Positions 7,333-8,424 of a stretch of DNA of 8,424 nt are shown here, piece after piece; within the stretch, counting starts at the first letter, position 1; every line of letters begins with the position of its first letter. A program made the position numbers and the translations under genes. Location of the stretch: assembly GCA_030668875.1 (NCBI GenBank), contig DAOVER010000083.1, positions 1-8,424 of the forward strand, in the 5' to 3' direction. The stretch comes from Candidatus Heimdallarchaeota archaeon (GTDB taxonomy: Archaea > Asgardarchaeota > Heimdallarchaeia > Heimdallarchaeales > Heimdallarchaeaceae). Below the pieces are notes generated by a model. The model was not told the DNA's origin. It did no database searches and saw nothing but the letters and a program-made list of their open reading frames with translations.

Positions 7333-8019
7333 ATGGAGATTATATCTTTAGTGAGTATAGATGAGAAGATTCTTTTCAAAACAAACTATAGTATACAACT
7401 TTATCAACAGTTATCACACAACAAAATTGAACACTGTGTGATCTACAATAATATCAATGATTTATTTCAAGAAAACTATGAGATTGACGTTAAGTTTCTA
7501 TTAGAAGATGTTTTAGATGGAAGATGCACAGTTGAAAAAGTAATCTATCAAGTTTCCAAATATTCCTCTGTTATTTTTACTAAAACAAATCCGATAACTA
7601 AAAGTGAAATCATGCAAAACTATAATCACCTCAACCAAGTTATATCTAGCATTAGGGATACAAATCCTTCAACAGAATTTCTTTTTATAGATTGTCAATC
7701 TAGTTTGAACAACTTATCATTAAATGCCATGATTCTTGCGAAAGTCTCGATTTTTTTCATGGTTTATGATTATTATTCTCTAGAAGTTTTGGAACATTTA
7801 GTTAGAAAAATATATCTTAAACAACCCATTAGTAAAATTCTACTATTATCGTTGGATTTAAGACTAAGAAAGGAATTTGAGAAAAAGAGTTTGAAGGAAA
7901 TAAGCAAAATCATACCCATCTCTGCAATAACAAAAAAGAACCAACTATACATTATTCAAATGGGTGAAATCAGAGAAGAACTGATGAACGCAATTAGGAA
8001 CTCATTTTTATCTTCTTAA
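7333..8019 (+). CDS. ParA/Soj/MinD-family (SIMIBI) protein with degenerate nucleotide-binding motifs; predicted pseudo-ATPase
   Basis: Colinear by-eye matches: EIISLVS..KT (KIIAI..KGGVGKT), LEDVLDGRCTVEKVIY (MinD l.dvl.G...l..ai), FLFIDCQSSLNNLSLNAMILA (Soj YIIIDCPPSLGLLTINALTAS), DYYSLEVLEHL (EYYALEGLSQL), ILLLSLDLR (VLLTMLDAR), KIIP (TVIP). Confidence 0.85.
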   Translation: MEIISLVSIDEKILFKTNYSIQLYQQLSHNKIEHCVIYNNINDLFQENYEIDVKFLLEDVLDGRCTVEKVIYQVSKYSSVIFTKTNPITKSEIMQNYNHLNQVISSIRDTNPSTEFLFIDCQSSLNNLSLNAMILAKVSIFFMVYDYYSLEVLEHLVRKIYLKQPISKILLLSLDLRLRKEFEKKSLKEISKIIPISAITKKNQLYIIQMGEIREELMNAIRNSFLSS

Positions 8020-8025
8020 CATATT

Positions 8026-8289
8026 CTAAACATATAAATCATAAAATAATATAGTCAAAATAAATTCTCTCCTTTTATCGTTACTGTGATGAAAAATATA
8101 TTGAAAGCTTGTTTCCTTTTGATAGGACGTTTCTTTCCTAACAAAATTACTATGTTTATCAACAGCAGTATCTACTTGTTTTAGAATATTACTGAATTCC
8201 TTATTTCTACAGAATTTTATTATGGCAGTTTTGGAATTTCTCCAGTTTTTATAGCTTAATAATTGATCGATTTTTTCTATAAGAAGCAT
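8026..8289 (-). CDS. Hypothetical protein, about 87 aa (start reassigned from GTG 8310 to ATG 8289)
   Basis: GGAGGT SD lies 8 nt upstream of the ATG at 8289. The GTG at 8310 sits inside another SD-like motif. The gene is convergent with the ParA-like gene, with a 6-nt gap between stops. No recognisable domain. Confidence 0.55.
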   Translation of the reverse strand: MLLIEKIDQLLSYKNWRNSKTAIIKFCRNKEFSNILKQVDTAVDKHSNFVRKETSYQKETSFQYIFHHSNDKRREFILTILFYDLYV

Positions 8290-8297
8290 GTCCCAAA

Positions 8298-8314
8298 ACC
8301 TCCTATTCACCTCC
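8298..8314 (-). promoter_or_regulatory. Tandem SD motifs GGAGGTGA (8314-8307) and GGAGGT (8303-8298)
   Basis: Minus strand reads GGAGGTGAATAGGAGGTTTTGGGACATG. Confidence 0.65.
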
Positions 8315-8424
8315 AGAGGGGCTGAGCATACAAAAGAAAGTTGTACCAGAGGAAAGGGCAGAGTAAGGTCTTGAGTTTATTGTTCGTCTTGCGGTCAGAA
8401 ATAGTGAGCGGACGGAGCTTGATT
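8303..8424 (-). other. Possible 3' end of an upstream gene entering from the right edge (frame ambiguous)
   Basis: Two minus-strand frames are open from the edge: ...MLSPSGGE* (TAG 8305-8303) and ...YAQPLWR* (TGA 8309-8307). Too short to decide. GC is about 47% by hand count. Confidence 0.3.

Noticed and set aside
7750-7960. Ras-like small GTPase resemblance (MVYD, LDLR, IIPISAIT as G4/G5-like)
   Set aside because: The same segments align better and colinearly with Soj (YYALE, LDAR, VIP). No G1 or G3 motif is present, and a shared P-loop fold explains the echo.
6583-8079. 12-bp inverted match gataaaaggaga (6583-6594) / tctccttttatc (8068-8079) as possible terminal inverted repeats
   Set aside because: A few 12-mer matches are expected by chance in 8.4 kb of AT-rich DNA. 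Both copies lie inside ORFs, with no target-site duplication and no transposase.
8300-8315. TCACCTCC on the plus strand resembling a 16S rRNA 3' end
   Set aside because: None of the upstream conserved 16S sequence is present; it is just the complement of an SD.
8313-8360. Resemblance to the RNase P RNA 5' end (GAGGGGCUG...hairpin...GAGGAAAG)
   Set aside because: The conserved P4 strand continuation (UCC) is absent, reading GGC instead, and the 3' half is outside the window. Not supportable as a feature.

Overview
AT-rich window (roughly 30-35% GC by spot counts), probably archaeal. The evidence is GGTGA/GGAGGTGA ribosome-binding sites, TATA boxes about 28 nt upstream of SD-less starts, and a sequon-rich surface protein with a C-terminal TM anchor. 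An Asgard-type origin is a guess from gene style only. The minus strand carries a translationally coupled unit of three ORFs. The first is an uncertain 204-aa ORF (6447-7061). The second is a 1559-aa membrane-anchored surface protein of about 14 tandem Ig-like repeats (1771-6450). The third is a second exported protein, missing from the ORF track, with ConA-like/jelly-roll domains (1778 to beyond the left edge, >=592 aa). Divergent from this unit is a 228-aa ParA/Soj/MinD-family protein whose P-loop and switch motifs are destroyed, i.e. a predicted pseudo-ATPase. A small convergent hypothetical gene and a GC-richer truncated segment end the window. I recognised no rRNA, tRNA, CRISPR array or transposase. 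The best novel-system candidate is the dead ParA paired with the giant adhesin-like operon, including an A8 tract where loss of one base would fuse the two surface proteins in frame. All family calls are by-eye motif comparisons, not database searches.
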